DNA of 56,967 bases, filler included, from Dirinaria sp. TL-2023a (GCA_051941275.1; 5 parts of 5 records of this genome joined end to end with filler, not necessarily neighbours in it); one strand, 5' to 3'. Shown: positions 11,430-26,400, counted from the first letter of the whole stretch. Made by a program: numbers and translations. The notes: generated by a model from the sequence alone, not told the origin.

Positions 11430-13250
11430 GGTTTAGAGGGGGTTGGAGCCTTGGAGGACGTGGAGGGCTTGTCATGTCCACGAAAAGCCTAAAATAGGAC
11501 AGCGTCGGCCTTCCACATCATCCCCGGCTCCGGAGATGATCTACAGTCTTTGATGGCGTTTCCTCTGATACTGTTCGCTGGCAAATCCCAATCCCTACTA
11601 TGCACGGTACTCTTCTGAACATAACATCTATTATTTCCCTGGTTCAGTCAAGGGCTTCCACTACTCCGACAGATTCGCTCAAAAGCGCGAGCAATCCCCT
11701 CTGTCTACCTTAGCTTGTAGTAGCAAGAGGCTTGGCGATGAAAAGCCAACGAGAAATGCCTATAGAGCTTTGGGGAGACAGATCCATAAGAACGATCTGG
11801 ATTTTACATTATTATTTTGTTTTTATTTTTTATTTTTTATTTTTCATTTTTTATTTTTTCTGGCCCTGCCTCGCCTTGTCAAGCGGGTCCACCCACCCTT
11901 TGTTGCATTGATGAGCAGCAACTGCACGCTTTCCTGCAGCTCCACCCTCTGAGCTAGAGAGCTCTTAGTTGATCGATTTCGATTGGACCGGCCAGACGTC
12001 AACGCACCTCCGTCGGATTCCTTGATCTGCACCACTTGAGCATGTACGCTTTGAAGTCGAGCTTATGCGTCGCGTGTAATTGGTGTTACGTGTAAAGGAT
12101 GTTAGTACAGGACAGGACTCTAGTCTCTAGGGCGAAGAATGGCAGGGTGACACGGGCAGATGTGCCCTGTGCGTACCTCTTAGGGGCCGTTACCAGAGTT
12201 CAACCGGACGTGTTGCATAAGGAGAGCAGGACCGTACCTTAGTACACCCTTGGCAGCAAGCAGTCAAGCACCGAAGGGTTGCTCACTACTACTCGAGTAC
12301 TTCCAGAACAAGTACATTACTTTACATGTGCTGTACTGTGACTACTGTCTCGTTGTCCATCATTTTCATGATCTGCGATGACACCAGCACCAAAATAGAT
12401 TCCTCCCATGATTATACTAGTCGAACGGCCATCTCGTGGACGGAGGGACCAGGTATACCTGATTTGTACCGGGGACATGTACTGAACATCTAAAATAAAA
12501 TGATGGGGCATGCGTGTTATTCATCGCTGGACGGATTCTGTGACATCCCGGCTGCTGAGCTAAGCCTCAACCGTCATTAGCGCCACAATTAGAGTCTGAC
12601 CCAAGTTTTTGGAGAGCGAAAGAGAAATCTCTCTGAAGTACATGTAAGGTAGATCAGCACGACCAGCTTTCCGAGCTTTCCACCAAAAGCAACTCACCTC
12701 ACTCTTCGAAACATACTCCTCATCCCACTCCCTTTCCCACAGCACATATCCCATCCAGCTTGGTCCCGTCGCCGTCCGCTCGCTTGTCCTCGCGATCACC
12801 ACTGCCTTACCGTACTTGCCCTCGTTACTGCTTTGTAATATTATTCCTTTGAAACGCCGGGGCAGGAAGGAACGTCGAAACTGACCCTGCCCAATGGAGA
12901 TTGGCGCGCAATCCGACCGTTGACAATTTTCGAGCCTGATAGACGCCATTTCAATCAGAGCCAGCAAACACTCCGCACCCCAATCACAGTATCCACCACA
13001 TTCACCGTTCCTTCTTCGGCTTCACTGTCCCCTTTACGGTCGTTACCCAGCCCCAACCATCGGTCCATATCATCCCACAGAGCAGAGTGGTTTCGGGCGC
13101 AACGCCGTTGGATGTTGGGCGAAAGAACTTCAACTTGGCGAGAACACACAACATCGGCGCCATACGCAGTCATAAGTGATAAGGCTGCAGGAGACCTTGA
13201 AGAGATTCAAGGGACGGTCTCGGTGTTAAGAGGCGAAGCACAGACACGCA

Positions 13251-15911
13251 ATGGCTCCTTCTCCCCCCAGGCTACGCATATTGTCCGGTAAGTCCCACAT
13301 TGCTGCACGCTTCGACCTCTGTTGCCAGCCTTTGCTTGGACTGTTCCTCTTCACACAATTAGCATCCCCATGGATGTTTGAATATTTTCCGGATGGCTTC
13401 GAAACTGAAACAATATCTTGTAGTTGGAGGCAACGCTGTATCCGCGTTCCTATCATGGCGCCTCCAAGCCACAAACGCCTGCGACGTCACTCTCGTATGG
13501 AAATCGGGCTTCGAGGCTGTCTCTCAATACGGTATATCATTCAAGTTAGTATCCTCAAACGGTAATCTTGAAGGGAACTTGAGGGCTAAAGTGTCACAGG
13601 TCCAAGCTCTTCGGCAATGAGCGTTTCAAGCCGCGACATGGTAGGGAAAGGATCTTATTTCGCTACAAGCCCGCAGCTAATGTGCTTACAGTTGTCCGGA
13701 CTCCGGAAGATGCAGCTGGCCGTAAAGCGGCCTTCGACTACGTTCTCCTTTGCGTTAAAGCCCTCCCAGACGTCTACGACCTCGCTGCCGTTATCGAGTC
13801 TGTCGTCACCCCTCAACATACCTGCATCTTGGTGAACACGACGCATACACTTGGGGTCGAGGCCCATCTAGAGCAGAGGTTCCCTACCAACGTCGTGCTA
13901 TCACTCGTATCCGGCGCAGAGATTACTCAATTAGGCGCAAGCGAGTTCGAGCACCTTGGTGCTACAGATGTCTGGGTTGGCCCAGCGAACCAGAACGCAG
14001 CTATACCCGCAGCTATTCAAAATGATATGGCGGAAGCATTGGCGATGACTTTGAGTACTGGTCAAGTCGAGTGTAAAGTTTCTGACAACATAAAACAGCA
14101 ACAGTTCGAGAGAATGATAGGGTATGTCTTCCTACCTGCGCGCCATCGTCTTGTCGCTGATATCGTCCAGGCCCATTGCATTTCATCCTCCCAGTGTCCT
14201 CTTCGAGACTCCTTCACATGCCGAACTACTCGAGAAAGTTGGCCTCAAATCTATGATCTCTGACGTTATCGATGAGTTGCTGCAGCTTGCCGTGTCACAA
14301 GGATGCAGCTTTGAAAGTAATTTCAAAGAGAAGACCATCGAACTCATGAGCACAGCTACAGAAACCAACAGTATCATGTACCACGATTTCGCCGCCAAGC
14401 GTCCGATGGAGGTTGAAACATACCTTGGATCACCCATTAAGCTTGCACAAGAGGCTGGGATTAAAGTGCCTCGGATCGAAACTTTGTATGCTCTCCTCCA
14501 TCATTGCAACATCGTCAACCAGCAGAAGCCAAGTGCACCTGCACTGCCGCCTTCGGTGCCGCCGCATGCGGGCGCTGGACCGACTCCTCCACCTCGGCAA
14601 GGCTCGGTGCCTCCGGCACCACCGATGAACGGCAGAATGAACGGTCCTGTGAATGGAAATGGGATGCCGGGCATGCGTCGTCCATCTATGGGACCACCAC
14701 CAATGCGACGGGGACCACCACCCACGAACGGGTATCCTCCTCGGCAATCAAATGGATACAACCCTCGGGGGCCTCCGCCCGGCCAAATAACTAGACGTCC
14801 GTCCTTCGAACAAAATGACTTGGAGGAATTCAGCCACCTCGTACTTTACGACGATATCCCAGAAGGCGGTCCCGGTGGTTACAATGACCTTAGCAACGGG
14901 ACAGGTTCAAGTGCGTCGGAACTGGCGCTGCGCGAGCGAGAGCTCAATCTCCGTCAAAGAGAGCTGCAGCTAAGAGAACAGGAGTACAACATGCGTAAGG
15001 GACCAAGGAGACCGCCAAGGTCCCATAGAGGAGGCTTCGATGAAGACGACGATGATGATGACGACTTCTTCGACCCTATGGCCACTCGAGGGCCGGCTCC
15101 AGTCGACCCGGACCAGTTCGATATGATGAGTGTTATCTCCCGCAAGACTCGAAAAGCTCCCAGCCTCAGCCAGATGAGGAGAGATCCCGAGGGCAGGAAT
15201 GCCATGCGCCAAAGCTCGAGTATGGGTATGGGTGGCAGACCTGGTGTCAATCGTAACCGAACATCCGCGCAGATGTTGGCTCAATTGCCTGGCTTGGATG
15301 ATCCATTACTGGACAACCCATTGATGGGCTACTCCTCGAACCGCTACGCCGCTGTAGACAGAAAAATGATCAATGACGAGTCGCGGACCAATTCATTGAC
15401 AGCGGCACGCTTGAACGAACTACAAGGTGCAGGGATGAACGATGGGATGAACGGCGCCTATCCAAGTCGTATGCCTCGTCGTATTAGTCACTCACCCGGT
15501 AACCCGCTCAACCCGGGGGGGAGACCACCGGGCAGACCGTCGCCGCCCGAAGATAACTACGGACGTCCTAACGGAATCCCTCCCAACGGTATCCCTCCCA
15601 ATGGAATGCCTCCACCGGGAGGACCATCACCTCCAGGGATGATGCGTCAGCCGGTCCCTCGGTATCCTCCGGGCCAAGGCAACGCGGTAGCGCCGCAACA
15701 GGTCGAACAACATGCTGGGGTGAGCAACCCATACCCACCCAAAGGCCCCATACCTCAAAATGTACGCAGTCTGACGGGCAGTGCGAGTGCTAGCGCGGGG
15801 AGTGGCGATAGCCAGCACATAGATTCCGAGAACTCCGCCCACAGTAGCGCGAGCAGCCTCGCAGCTCGACGAGCGGCTGGTATTGCCAGGAATCCCATCG
15901 GCGTTCGGTAG
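13251..15911 (+). CDS. SVL3: Svl3/Pam1-like protein (ketopantoate reductase PanE/ApbA-like fold plus Pro/Gly-rich disordered tail)
   Basis: Introns 13288-13423, 13545-13599, 13641-13691 and 14122-14170 give a continuous frame. It reads LRILSVGGNAVSAFLSWRLQ, FDYVLLCVKALPDVYDLA and MYHDFAAKRPMEVETYLGSPIKLA. Confidence 0.85.
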
Positions 15912-16918
15912 AGGGGCCAGTGGGCGCTCCATTACATGGCTACTTTTGGTGATCTGCTAGAGGTTGGGGTCTGATTCAAGCAATCATATCTACTCGAACT
16001 CACCTTCTCGGGTATTGTTGGCAACACCATGGCATTCCAGCATAAACCTACCTTTCTCAACACTGCATAACATCACTTAATTGGCCCTTCAACGACATTA
16101 ATCGACGGTGATGGGCTGCGTAGAAAAGTCGACTGCATTCTAATCGGTGGACCAATGGTCGAGGCAGGTCCGGCAACCCAGCATATCTCAATTGCATATC
16201 ATACGTTCATTGCTCTTCCTTCGTATATACGCACATAAACTTACTTGTGGTTTGGGGCGCGTCTACATTAATACTGCATGGGACCTACATCCGGAGTTTC
16301 TGTCTCATCGTGCCGTACTCAAGCGAATACGTGCCTCGTATGATTTCCAGGTTTGCATGCACGACGGGTTTGCAATGGAGGGGAATAGAAAAGTGGGCGT
16401 GCTGAAAACTCGATGATTGCTGGTGCCTTAGTGTATTAGCTTTTAATTGGCTAGAGAGGGGATACACAACAATAACGACGTGGACTTGAACTTTTAAAAT
16501 TTGCGCAAATGACTTTTCGGTTCTCTCGATCATTGCCATTCTCATACAACCATGAGTGATAACGTGTAAAGCCACTCGCAGTCAACCAGACTGTTTTCTA
16601 AAGGTGTCAAATGATTGGCTTTCGAATCGGCGTAGTTGTAATGACATGAGGTTGGTAGGCTTTGGTTGAACCGCTATATCGCTGATAGCTGAGGTAGGTA
16701 GGAGTATGGAGATGCACATTGGGTACTGGCAGGGCTCACCTAGGGCCTACTCTATTGCTGCCTCGCCCGAGGGCCCCTCGGCCCATCACGATGTCGTTAT
16801 TCGGCTCTCTGAAGACTACATATGTAGTCTTACCTTAAACCAGCAATTGCAGAGCTCCACCACAGTCTCTCAAGCGTCTCGTCACACTTCTCCTACCTCT
16901 CTCACGTCCACCGGAACA

Positions 16919-17251
16919 ATGTCCAGATCCAACAACCACCCAACCCGTCTCTCCACCTTTCCCACACCCTCCACATCCACCACAAATAACCCCACCACCG
17001 CACAGTCCATCCCTACCACCGCTAATTCTTCCACCTCCTCCAGCATGAACCGCAACAGACAGTACACGCATCTACACGCCCAGCTTGCGCAGCTAAACGC
17101 CCAGATCGCAGATACAGAGAATTTACTCCGAATGAGCGCTGTACAGGCGGATTACATAAGAGGCTTGGGCGGGTGGTGGGGTGGGATGTTTATGGCCGGG
17201 AGCAAGGTCTTAGGGGATGAGGGGGAGAACCAAGGCAGAGATAAGGATTAA
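16919..17251 (+). CDS. HSK3: DASH/Dam1 complex subunit Hsk3-like, about 110 aa
   Basis: Ser/Thr-rich N-terminus followed by RQYTHLHAQLAQLNAQIADTENLLRMSAVQADYIRGLGGWWGGMFMAGSKVLG. The ATG at 16919 (ACAATG) is preferred over 16706. Confidence 0.8.
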   Translation: MSRSNNHPTRLSTFPTPSTSTTNNPTTAQSIPTTANSSTSSSMNRNRQYTHLHAQLAQLNAQIADTENLLRMSAVQADYIRGLGGWWGGMFMAGSKVLGDEGENQGRDKD

Positions 17252-20200
17252 GGATTGGAAGGGAGGGAGGTAAGGATGCGGTGTTGGGCTTTGCAAACGC
17301 CTGAGCCAGTTCGGGTACTGGCTCATGAATTTCTGGATTCTGGGGATTGGTATAGGTGCCACATCCCTGAACCCGTGGCCTACTCATGGAGATCGGAAAG
17401 ATTCAGACATTTAAGAGTGGCGACAGAAACAGCGCTCACAATTCGCGTTCTCACAGAAGTGTTTCTAACCCGCCAACAACATGGGCTCCACATGCAAGTG
17501 CAAAGAATTGACTCTTGGGCCCAATGGGAGAAGATCTAATCCGAAGCAGCCTCGATGATAGCCACTCATTTCGCTCCGAGGGTCAAAATCTCTCATCCAT
17601 CTCACAGAGCAAGATTCTCAACATCCATAGCCATAAATCCGAGCGTTGATCCCACAAGCTAATTGAACGCCCGATACTCCATTAGGTGCCTAATTCTTCG
17701 CAGAGAAGGTCTTACAACATGAATCAGCAGACCTGATACCTCAAAAGCAGACCCCAAGGCAAAGGCTGTATTCAGGGTCCTAGACCTGGTAAGGGGGCAA
17801 TGAAAGTGAACAGTAACCATTTCGATAAGATGGCATTTTCCCGAGATATGCTTCTATCCTGTAAGGTCTGGTCACACTTTACGTTTCTTGCATCTCGACC
17901 TCTTCTATCCCTCCTTCCGCAATACGCTGCTCCCGGTCCGTGTTTGAGAAGGCTAGAACTTCTTTTCCCATTTAATCACGACGATGCTCTGGGAAGCGGT
18001 CAGCGCCGTTCCGTTGCTTAGCAGCTTTATCTCAAAGTTCCCATCAGGTCTGATGCGGTGGTTGCGTAAGTGTCACGGTGCGGCGAGGTAAATTAGCTGC
18101 TTGCTGGAGAGTATCGATACTAGCAATTTCGACTCCTGAGGAAAACCCACCACCGCTGAGAGGATCTGGGGGAAGGGAGGGAGGGAAGGAGGAACTGAGT
18201 TCTGAATGAGGAAAATGGGATACTGTGGGAGATTAGGTATGGAACAGCTCATGTGTGGTAGATACCGAAAATACGTAAAGAGAGTGCTGCAATGTCTGCG
18301 GATAGGCAATAGGAAATGGGGATGAGTGTGGCTTGAAGAGGTAATCCACAAAGGTTGGAGGTTTGAGAGGAGATTGGATGGAAAGTGCGGGAGCTTTGGA
18401 CAGTAGGAGAAGCATCAAGTGGTGCTATCAGCAGAGGCCTTCAAGCTGGCGTTCAACAGTCCAAGTCTCTGTACTGGTGATGTAGAGCTTATCAGCACCA
18501 TCATACCGTCACTCGGCATCTTATTAGATTGCTGCAATTTGCAGGAGAATCCTTCAACTACACTTTCTTGAATTATCCCATGCCCTGGAAAGTAGGGGCG
18601 CTCATCCATTGCGTACATCATCACTTTTTGTCTACTCTCTTTCGTGAATTCTTCCTTGGTTTTTCTTAAAGCTTGTACCGGTACACAGCTTTAATGATTT
18701 ACCGATTGAGCAATAGCGCTTCTTGAGTCAACCAATCCGCCACTAAAGGAAGGGTGCATATCGGGAGGTTGGGATAAGTTCGGTCTCTTTATCGTCTCCA
18801 TCGGAATGCGATTTGAGATATCAAATCAGCTGTCAATTTAAGACATATTCATGCTGTGATATGACGGTAGGTTTTGATAAAAAGCCCCCTTGATGATTTG
18901 ATGCATTCTGACGAATACTCTCAGGAGAGGAGACCATTTTCCAAAGGACCGTTATAAATTTATCTCGGATAGAGCCATTCTTCTTTTTGCTGTTCCTGTG
19001 CATAAGTCACCTTAGCAGCGCTCGCAGATAGAAGCTTTTGTGGCGGGCTTGCAAGGGACAGTCGGCTTGATTGACCCTATTAAGAAGGATGTGGTTAAGG
19101 GGGCCTGTCTGAACAACATGATAAAATCCAGGCACGTCTTAGCATTATAGTCGAACAATCTGCTAATAGTGTGACAAGGTAAAGATCGTGCGATGTACTT
19201 TTGCTTCAAATCACCTTTGGCTCGATGACGAGCCTAGGTCAATGGGCTGTTGCTGCTCCTAGTCAAACTGCGGTGATCAAGTCGTGATGTTCTGCGAAGC
19301 TGGAAGCTTTTTTTTTCCTATGTACTCAAGTCCAAGCCAGCGGCATTGTCAACTTGAGAAGGTCCTGCAGAGCATACGTAAGTCTATCCGGCGAAGATAG
19401 GAGTAATTATATTGTTCGGAATAACGGACAGGAAGCATTGAGAACCGTGGCCGAAAGTTAGTGCAAGCCAGGACGTTGTCCTCTAGGCTTTATTGGTCCA
19501 CATGCATCGAAAAACTCTTGTGTAAACCTAATCGCCGCCGACTACTGTGACAGAATAGCTGAGGGATATTATGAGGCTCGGTAGACGATGCTGCAAAGGC
19601 GAGTGAAAGTCACGCTTGACAGGACTGTCAACGAAATTAGGTCGACGACGGTGGTCTCAATTCTCTGAAAAAGCTGCCGAGCGCTGAGCATAGCATCAGT
19701 GTGGTTGAAAGATATATCCTATTCGTCTAAGATACGAGATACAGCAGCCGTCACAAGATGCTATATGATAATGTGAACGTGAGGATGAAAATGCTTCGGA
19801 TGGGCGATTCGGGTCTTGTATCAAGCTGCGGATGCTGAGCTGATAAATGTATAGCTACCGTGTGATGCTCTATTCTTGCTGTGAGACATCTTTAGAGCGA
19901 CGTCGCTTTGGACCCTGTCTTCGTTCCTTCAAGATCCCTCTATCACCCATATATTGTTTGAACCGTGCGTAATCCGGAGGAAGAGCTTATTGAAAGGCAT
20001 GCCCCATGTTCGTAGCACAAGCACAGACTGTAGTATGTGGTGGATTATGCTGAAGCAGACTATGTAGCACGCATGGGAGGAGAAGATTGGACGAGGTCGG
20101 CTTTAAGATTCTTTGCAGAACGACGGCTAGGGGTTTAATCGGGAGTGCCGTCAACCGTGTATAAACTTGATGATAACAGTGACCTAAGCAACGTGTTAGT

Positions 20201-20956
20201 CTGATAGATCCTCTGGATGGAGGGCCGAATAACGTACATGAGTTGTACGGTCCAACATGGAGCTGCAAAATGCTTGTCCTGTCGACAATGTGTTTCCTAC
20301 CAACTCAAAGTGACAACATTGTGAGGCAAAGTTTTTTCAAACTCGATCTTTGGTAGTTTGGAAGCTTGCAACTATTGACATCGTTCTTCGAAATTGCTTT
20401 ATTGGGCCAAATTGAGTCCATCTTAATCGCTATTGCTATGGAACCAGCAATAGAACATAGATTGACCAGAAACAGAAGGGTATTGTGCAAGAATAGAAAG
20501 GTTCAAGGTGAGATATTTGTACATGAAATAGAACGCGATCTGCTCCAATCAACAAATGCTACCCGCGCTGCGCATCAATGCCATCCCGTCCGGTGCCGTT
20601 TTGGCCAACACTATCGTCCCGTGCGCAATCGTCAAAATGAAAAAATGCTCAGAAGAAGATAGGATGCTTTTTTTTCGCAATAGTCGAAGGAGATTGAGAA
20701 TGTAGGGATCTCTACTCTTCATGCAGTATCACGCTAAGAGGGTCAAAAACCGCTACAACGCGTGTCTCCCGAGCCCCGAGGCGGTACGGCTGAGCAAGAG
20801 GATCCAGCTGATGGACGATCGGTTCGTGTACTCAGCATATACTCGCATAGTACACAAGTATGCCATCACGTCTGTCGCCATTGTCTTGGACGGTAGAAAT
20901 TGACCGTCTGCAGGAGGTTTTGGGTTGTGTGGATGTAGAGGTTTTCCGCTCAACGG

Positions 20957-22314
20957 TCATTGATGCATCCCATCAGAATACATGACCACTGGCGGGGAAC
21001 CGAAGGCGGGCGGCACTTCTTCCTCCTGAACCTGTGCAAGTCCTGCCGGCTCTGGCGAATACCAGCTGATGTCTGGCGGCTTGACCTGTGCTTGGCCCGG
21101 CAGTGGAGCCCAGGCTGGTGGAATACCCCATTGCTTTGAGGGATGACCTAACAAAGGAGTTCCAGATGGCTCGGAGATGGAGTTATTAGATGAGTTGTGG
21201 CTTGCTTGGAGCGATGGCGGATGCATCTCGGAAGCTCGACGGCGACTGTCCGAGTCGTAAGCAGAAGTGAATTGGTTCTGGTAATTGCGGTGGAAATCCT
21301 GGCCTCCGTGAACGGACATGCTGCGCGCTGGAATGGGCACAGGGAATCCAAGGCCGTTAGTAACGGGAGGGAATGAAGTGAAGCTGCCGCCCGATTCACG
21401 CCCTGATGACGAGGTGGACGGCCCGGAAAATTGGGGCGGAAATGCTGGTGTCAGAGGCGATCTCCAATGGTTCTGCGATGGATCCTCTGGCGTTGAGTTC
21501 CCTGCGGATAATGGCCCATTATCTATGAATGGAGAATCCCAGGACCCATGATCTTGATGATGGTAGTAGTCGTAGGGCCGAGCGCTGAATTGTGCTGCAA
21601 CGAAATCAGCGAGCGGCATTTAAATGTCCATGCTGACTGCGCCTACCTTGACTATTGGGTGAGAGAGTGTGGGCGCTCAAAGCATTAGAAAACAGTGGGA
21701 AATCGGTAGTAGTGATAGCTGGCGGCGGGAAATGATTGAAGTCAAGTTGACCTCCAATTAACGGCGGTGATGAGGACGAAGAGCCCGATGCATCGCCAGG
21801 TTTGGCCTCGACTCTCGAACCGGCGCGTGGACGCCGCTCTTTACCCGGCGGGTGGTCTACGGGCAAAAAGCTGCATTCCTTCTTCAATTTGATACAATTC
21901 TGACATCGTTGCTGTGGATCATCGCCTGCTGGGATACAGCGGATCTTCCGTCGTCTGCAATGCCCTACGCCGCACGTTAGTATTTGATTTGCTAGGCCTT
22001 CTCCTTTGCATACCGCAAGCGATGGAGGTCCTGTGATATCCTAGCTTGTTACGCCCACCCCGTCTATCAGCTGCAGACATGTTGGGGTTCCCACTCGCTA
22101 AGCTTCGGACATTTGGCGTTGAAGCAGAGCGTCGAAGGCCAGCCGAAACTGAGCTGTTCCTTCGGCGGCGTCGTGCTGACATAGGTATTGCTGTTTGAGG
22201 TACGATGTGCTGTGACGGTATGGAAGGAATCATATCAAGGTCGAAAGAAGAACGTGATGATGCAACTGCACAATCCATGGACGGCTCCCCTGCATCTTCC
22301 GGCGCTGACGCCAT
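20957..22314 (-). CDS. Zn(II)2Cys6 transcription factor, about 418 aa, with no obvious fungal-specific TF middle domain
   Basis: Intron 22013-21965 splits ACG|HCRRRKIRCIPAGDDPQQRCQNCIKLKKEC, giving all six Cys. Intron 21646-21595 joins to the final exon in frame. Confidence 0.9.
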
Positions 22315-22751
22315 GACCGAAGTCTTTATAATATGGTCCTCAATCCGTGACTAGAATGCTGTAGCCGAATACCAGATACCAGTTTTAGTGTGATGACTTT
22401 CCCCGCAGCCATACAGGACAATCCAAGGTTCGGCCAGTAGGTCTCGCATGCGCCCTCCAGATCGTCTGCTGCAGGTCGAGTTTCACCCTATCTCGACTTC
22501 CCGAATCTTGGTTTCTAAATTTGTCGATATGGACGGGCCGTAGATTGAGGGACAGAAACAAAACATTGAACGTAGCAAAGTGTTGAACTAGCCCAAGCTT
22601 TGTAGGAACCGCAAAATGTCACAGGCGAGCTTAAAAACTGTAGTTACTCAATAATGTTCCAACAGTCACGTTATCAGCAGATCATCCCTCGAAGTTGATG
22701 TAGGGTAGCGGCGAGGTACAGGAGCACCAGCTATCCGATCCTAGGGTGGGC

Positions 22752-22851
22752 NNNNNNNNNNNNNNNNNNNNNNNNNNNNNNNNNNNNNNNNNNNNTTAAT
22801 TAATTAANNNNNNNNNNNNNNNNNNNNNNNNNNNNNNNNNNNNNNNNNNNN
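22752..22851. other. Artificial contig-joining spacer
   Basis: 44N-TTAATTAATTAA-44N. Confidence 0.98.
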
Positions 22852-23401
22852 GTATTATGTACTATGTATACAGCGTGCGCGTCCTGTCTCTTTGTCAAAA
22901 TATCCCTATATCTTACATATAGAAGAATCAAAAGGATATATATATACACGGAGAGGGTAAGATACAACCCCCTAAACTAAATACAGCCTACAGGAGGGGA
23001 AAGATAGGGGAGGGTGGAGTCTCTCTCAGAACTCGGTGCTTATACTATACTGCAGCTACACATTATGGAACTGTAAAGAACAAAACCTAAGTTATGGAAA
23101 TGAAAAAAGGAGGGCGGGAGAGTTTCCATAGCACTGCACGGACCCGCTAAAGCATTTCTAATGTAAATAATCCTACGTTGTCTCTATATTAATCCAACAC
23201 GTTATTTCTCGTACGAGGACGCTCCTACCACACAGTACACACACACACACAAACCCACAACCGCTAGTATGAAAACAAGTTTTCTTTTTCTTTCTTTCTC
23301 CAACATAAGAAACCGGAAACTTGGCATACATCCACCGCTGAATATTCGTCTGTAAAAAAAAAAAGGGGGGGGGAGAGTTCCCACTTGGACCACCTACCTA
23401 C

Positions 23402-26400
23402 CTACCTCAACGGGCTTTCAAAGTACTCGCTCTCCCTGCTGAGTTTCTTCGCCAGCGGCGTATGCGGCCCACTAGCCGCTTCTCGTATGATGGGCGGGGT
23501 TTCCGTGCCGCTCGAGGCGCCGCCCAGCTCTGTACTTCTGGCATCGGCCACGAGGAGCCGCCCACCATTACCACCACCGCCAGCGGCGGCGGCGGCAGCC
23601 TGCTCGCTCGGGGGCTTGTAACCGTATTTGCGGCCTCGGGCGTAGATCTCCTCGATCATCTGCGCGACGATGCCGGCGTCCTTGAATTCCTCGTGCTTGC
23701 GCCAGAGCTTAAGGGCCATGCGCGCGTCCTCGATGCTGTCGTGCGTCTCCTGCTGGATGTCCTCCTTCAGGAAGTACCAGGTGAGGAAGCGCAGGGACAG
23801 CTTCCGCTTCTGCGTGCGGATGTGGAACAGGCTGACCGTGTCCAGGACCTGCGATGGCGGCACGTGGATGTTGATGGTCCGGAAATCGGACGGTAGGCCG
23901 TGCCCGATGAAGATGCATCCGAGGTTCAGCAGGAGCCAGAGCTTCTTGTATGCCACTTTCAGCGGGACAAGAACGTGGGACGAGGTGAGTGGATCCAGGT
24001 CGCCTTCTTGGAGCCCCGAGTACTTGGTGAGGTAATCGACCACGGGCTCGTACGTTTTGATGTAGTCGTTGATAAACGGAACGCCCTCATGGATACCGCT
24101 GCCACGTAAAACGGACACACGAGCCAGGCCGAGGCGCGTAGGGCGTATGACTTCACGGTCACCGTCGGCTTTGATTTCGATCTCCTCTTGTTGCAGCGCG
24201 ACGAACTCGCTGTCGATTGCCACGTGAGTGCCTGCCTGGGGATCTTCGAGGCTATGCTTCAACACCCAGCCATTTTGTGAGTGCTCTGTATGACTTTGTA
24301 AACAGTTCAGTATTCTTCTTCCTGCAAAAACGAGATTGTAGATACGTACTTCATTGAATATTCCATGTAGAGGCACCTTGTATCCAAACAGTTTTTCCAG
24401 CTATCATCAATGTAATGTCGCCCGCCTCGCAGTTGGAACGCCAGTACCGTCGGCATCTTCCAAGCCGTGGATAAGCGGAGAGCCTCGTGCTGCGGGACTT
24501 TTCGCACCAAGAAATCATTAAATAAGTGCCACCGATCCTCCACGGTCGGGTCTTGATCAGAGATTGCGACTGGAAGCAGCCATTAGCGCACTTCATCATC
24601 ATTCAAGAGGATTAGACGGATACCATTGACAAGAGAAACAAGATGCGACTTCTGTTGTTCGCCACTATTGATATCCGCCACGAAGCCAACGAGCTCATAG
24701 ATCATATTTTCCGCTTCAGGTTTCGCCCGCAATAGATCCTGTAGAGCTTCGCCCTCGAAGCATAAAACACTGCGACCGTGAGGGACAATCGCAATCTCGG
24801 TTGGTAGCCAGCCAGGCGTGCTCCAAAGGTGTCTACTGTCAGTGTTGCTGTCAAGGTTTGCATTAAACAAAAGAACAGGTGGAACAGCTCTGATCTCTGG
24901 TCGAGAGGAAATAGGTGCATATTTCTTGCACCTGTTACAAAAGCCTTTCTTTTCTGATTCTCGATGGAAGCTGTTGGTGACAATGTCGGAAAACGTAGCG
25001 GCCAATGTACGGAAACTCTGATAATGTGTTAGCTGGCCCGATGATGTTTCAAACTAGTGAACTTACCCACGACCTATAATAGAGGTCAATTACCCTCGAT
25101 GATTCTTGGCGATATGTTTCGTGTTGGCAATTCATACAGACCATCCGTGAGGTTGCATGGACGAGTAAGTGCTGAACCAATTGCTCAGTTGCTGATTTCA
25201 GGACTGACTGACTTCTTCCAGCCACTTACACTATTGAGTTTCATAAGCTCCATTTCGCTGATTCTCGTAGCGTCTAGAGCAATGCGTTCCATCAAGAAAT
25301 GGGTGGCAGATTGTATTCGACTATCGAGCGAATTCTGAAGTTGTGTCGATGCATCTTCTGATATGTACCACCGCCGTGCTAGCTGCGAGTAAGCAAGCAA
25401 TCGGTTATACTTAGGGGTTGACGTACTCTCCGGTATACCGCTGAAGGCTTTCAGGAAATTCGTAGCTTGGCAGCTCTGTCCAGCAGCTTTCTCGATCATG
25501 TCAAAGAGATACCCCATTTCGCACAGCAAGCACCTTTCAGAAAGGCAACCACCTGCCGCATGCTGTAAAGCAACATTCCGGAAAATGGGTATGTACTTGA
25601 GTAATTGGAGCAGCGGATTAAGATACGAATTTGTAATGTGGGTCTCCAAGCCTGAGTATTGCGTCTTGTTGTAATACCTGCGAGCTCGTCAATCATAGTA
25701 CTGACTATACTGAATCTCTGAAAACCTACTTGAAATCAAAATCATCGACGCCGAATTTGCTATACTTGATCTCTACATTGCGATACATTACAGGCACGTC
25801 AGCCTTAGTACTACCAGCTAAAGCTACATTAGCAAGCAATTCCGCGTCACTTATTCGCCGGCCATTTTTTACGTCCGAATCTCGTCCACGAGACCGTTCA
25901 CTCAAGAACTTTGGTGCTGACAGACCATGGTCATCCCAGTCCGTGAGATGATGCCGTTGGATCTGATTCTGACGTAGCTTCCCCGAGTTTGGTGCACGGT
26001 AACCGATACTGGTAGCTGACATGCTCTTTATCAAGTCTGGATCGATTCTCGGTGGCAAATATCCAACCTCAAACACGTCGTCCGCGGCCCATGCAGACAG
26101 CAACTTCTCGCGATAATGTGGCATGCCAACCGAGCTGAACGGACTAGATCAGGGCACATCATCGTCAATAGGAAGCACAGAAGGCCAAGAAGAAAGACAT
26201 ACTGATCTCCATCCCAAGATATAGATGTTGTAACGCCGGATGGATCGGCAAACTCTGTCCCATTCTTTCTCTCAGCATATTGAAGACGATCTGGGGAGCC
26301 CCAGACGTGAATTGCATTATCATTGTCGAGCATGCCCCATGCGTCCCCTGAAGGTGCCATCACCAAGGCTCGCAGCGAGTTCGGGTACACTATTCCCGCA

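Noticed and set aside
17400..20700. Possible decayed gene fragments or C/D snoRNAs in the 3.3-kb gap between HSK3 and the Zn2Cys6 gene
   Set aside because: Only short stop-interrupted frames and isolated TGATGA/CTGA words are present. I could not build a consistent gene or guide model.
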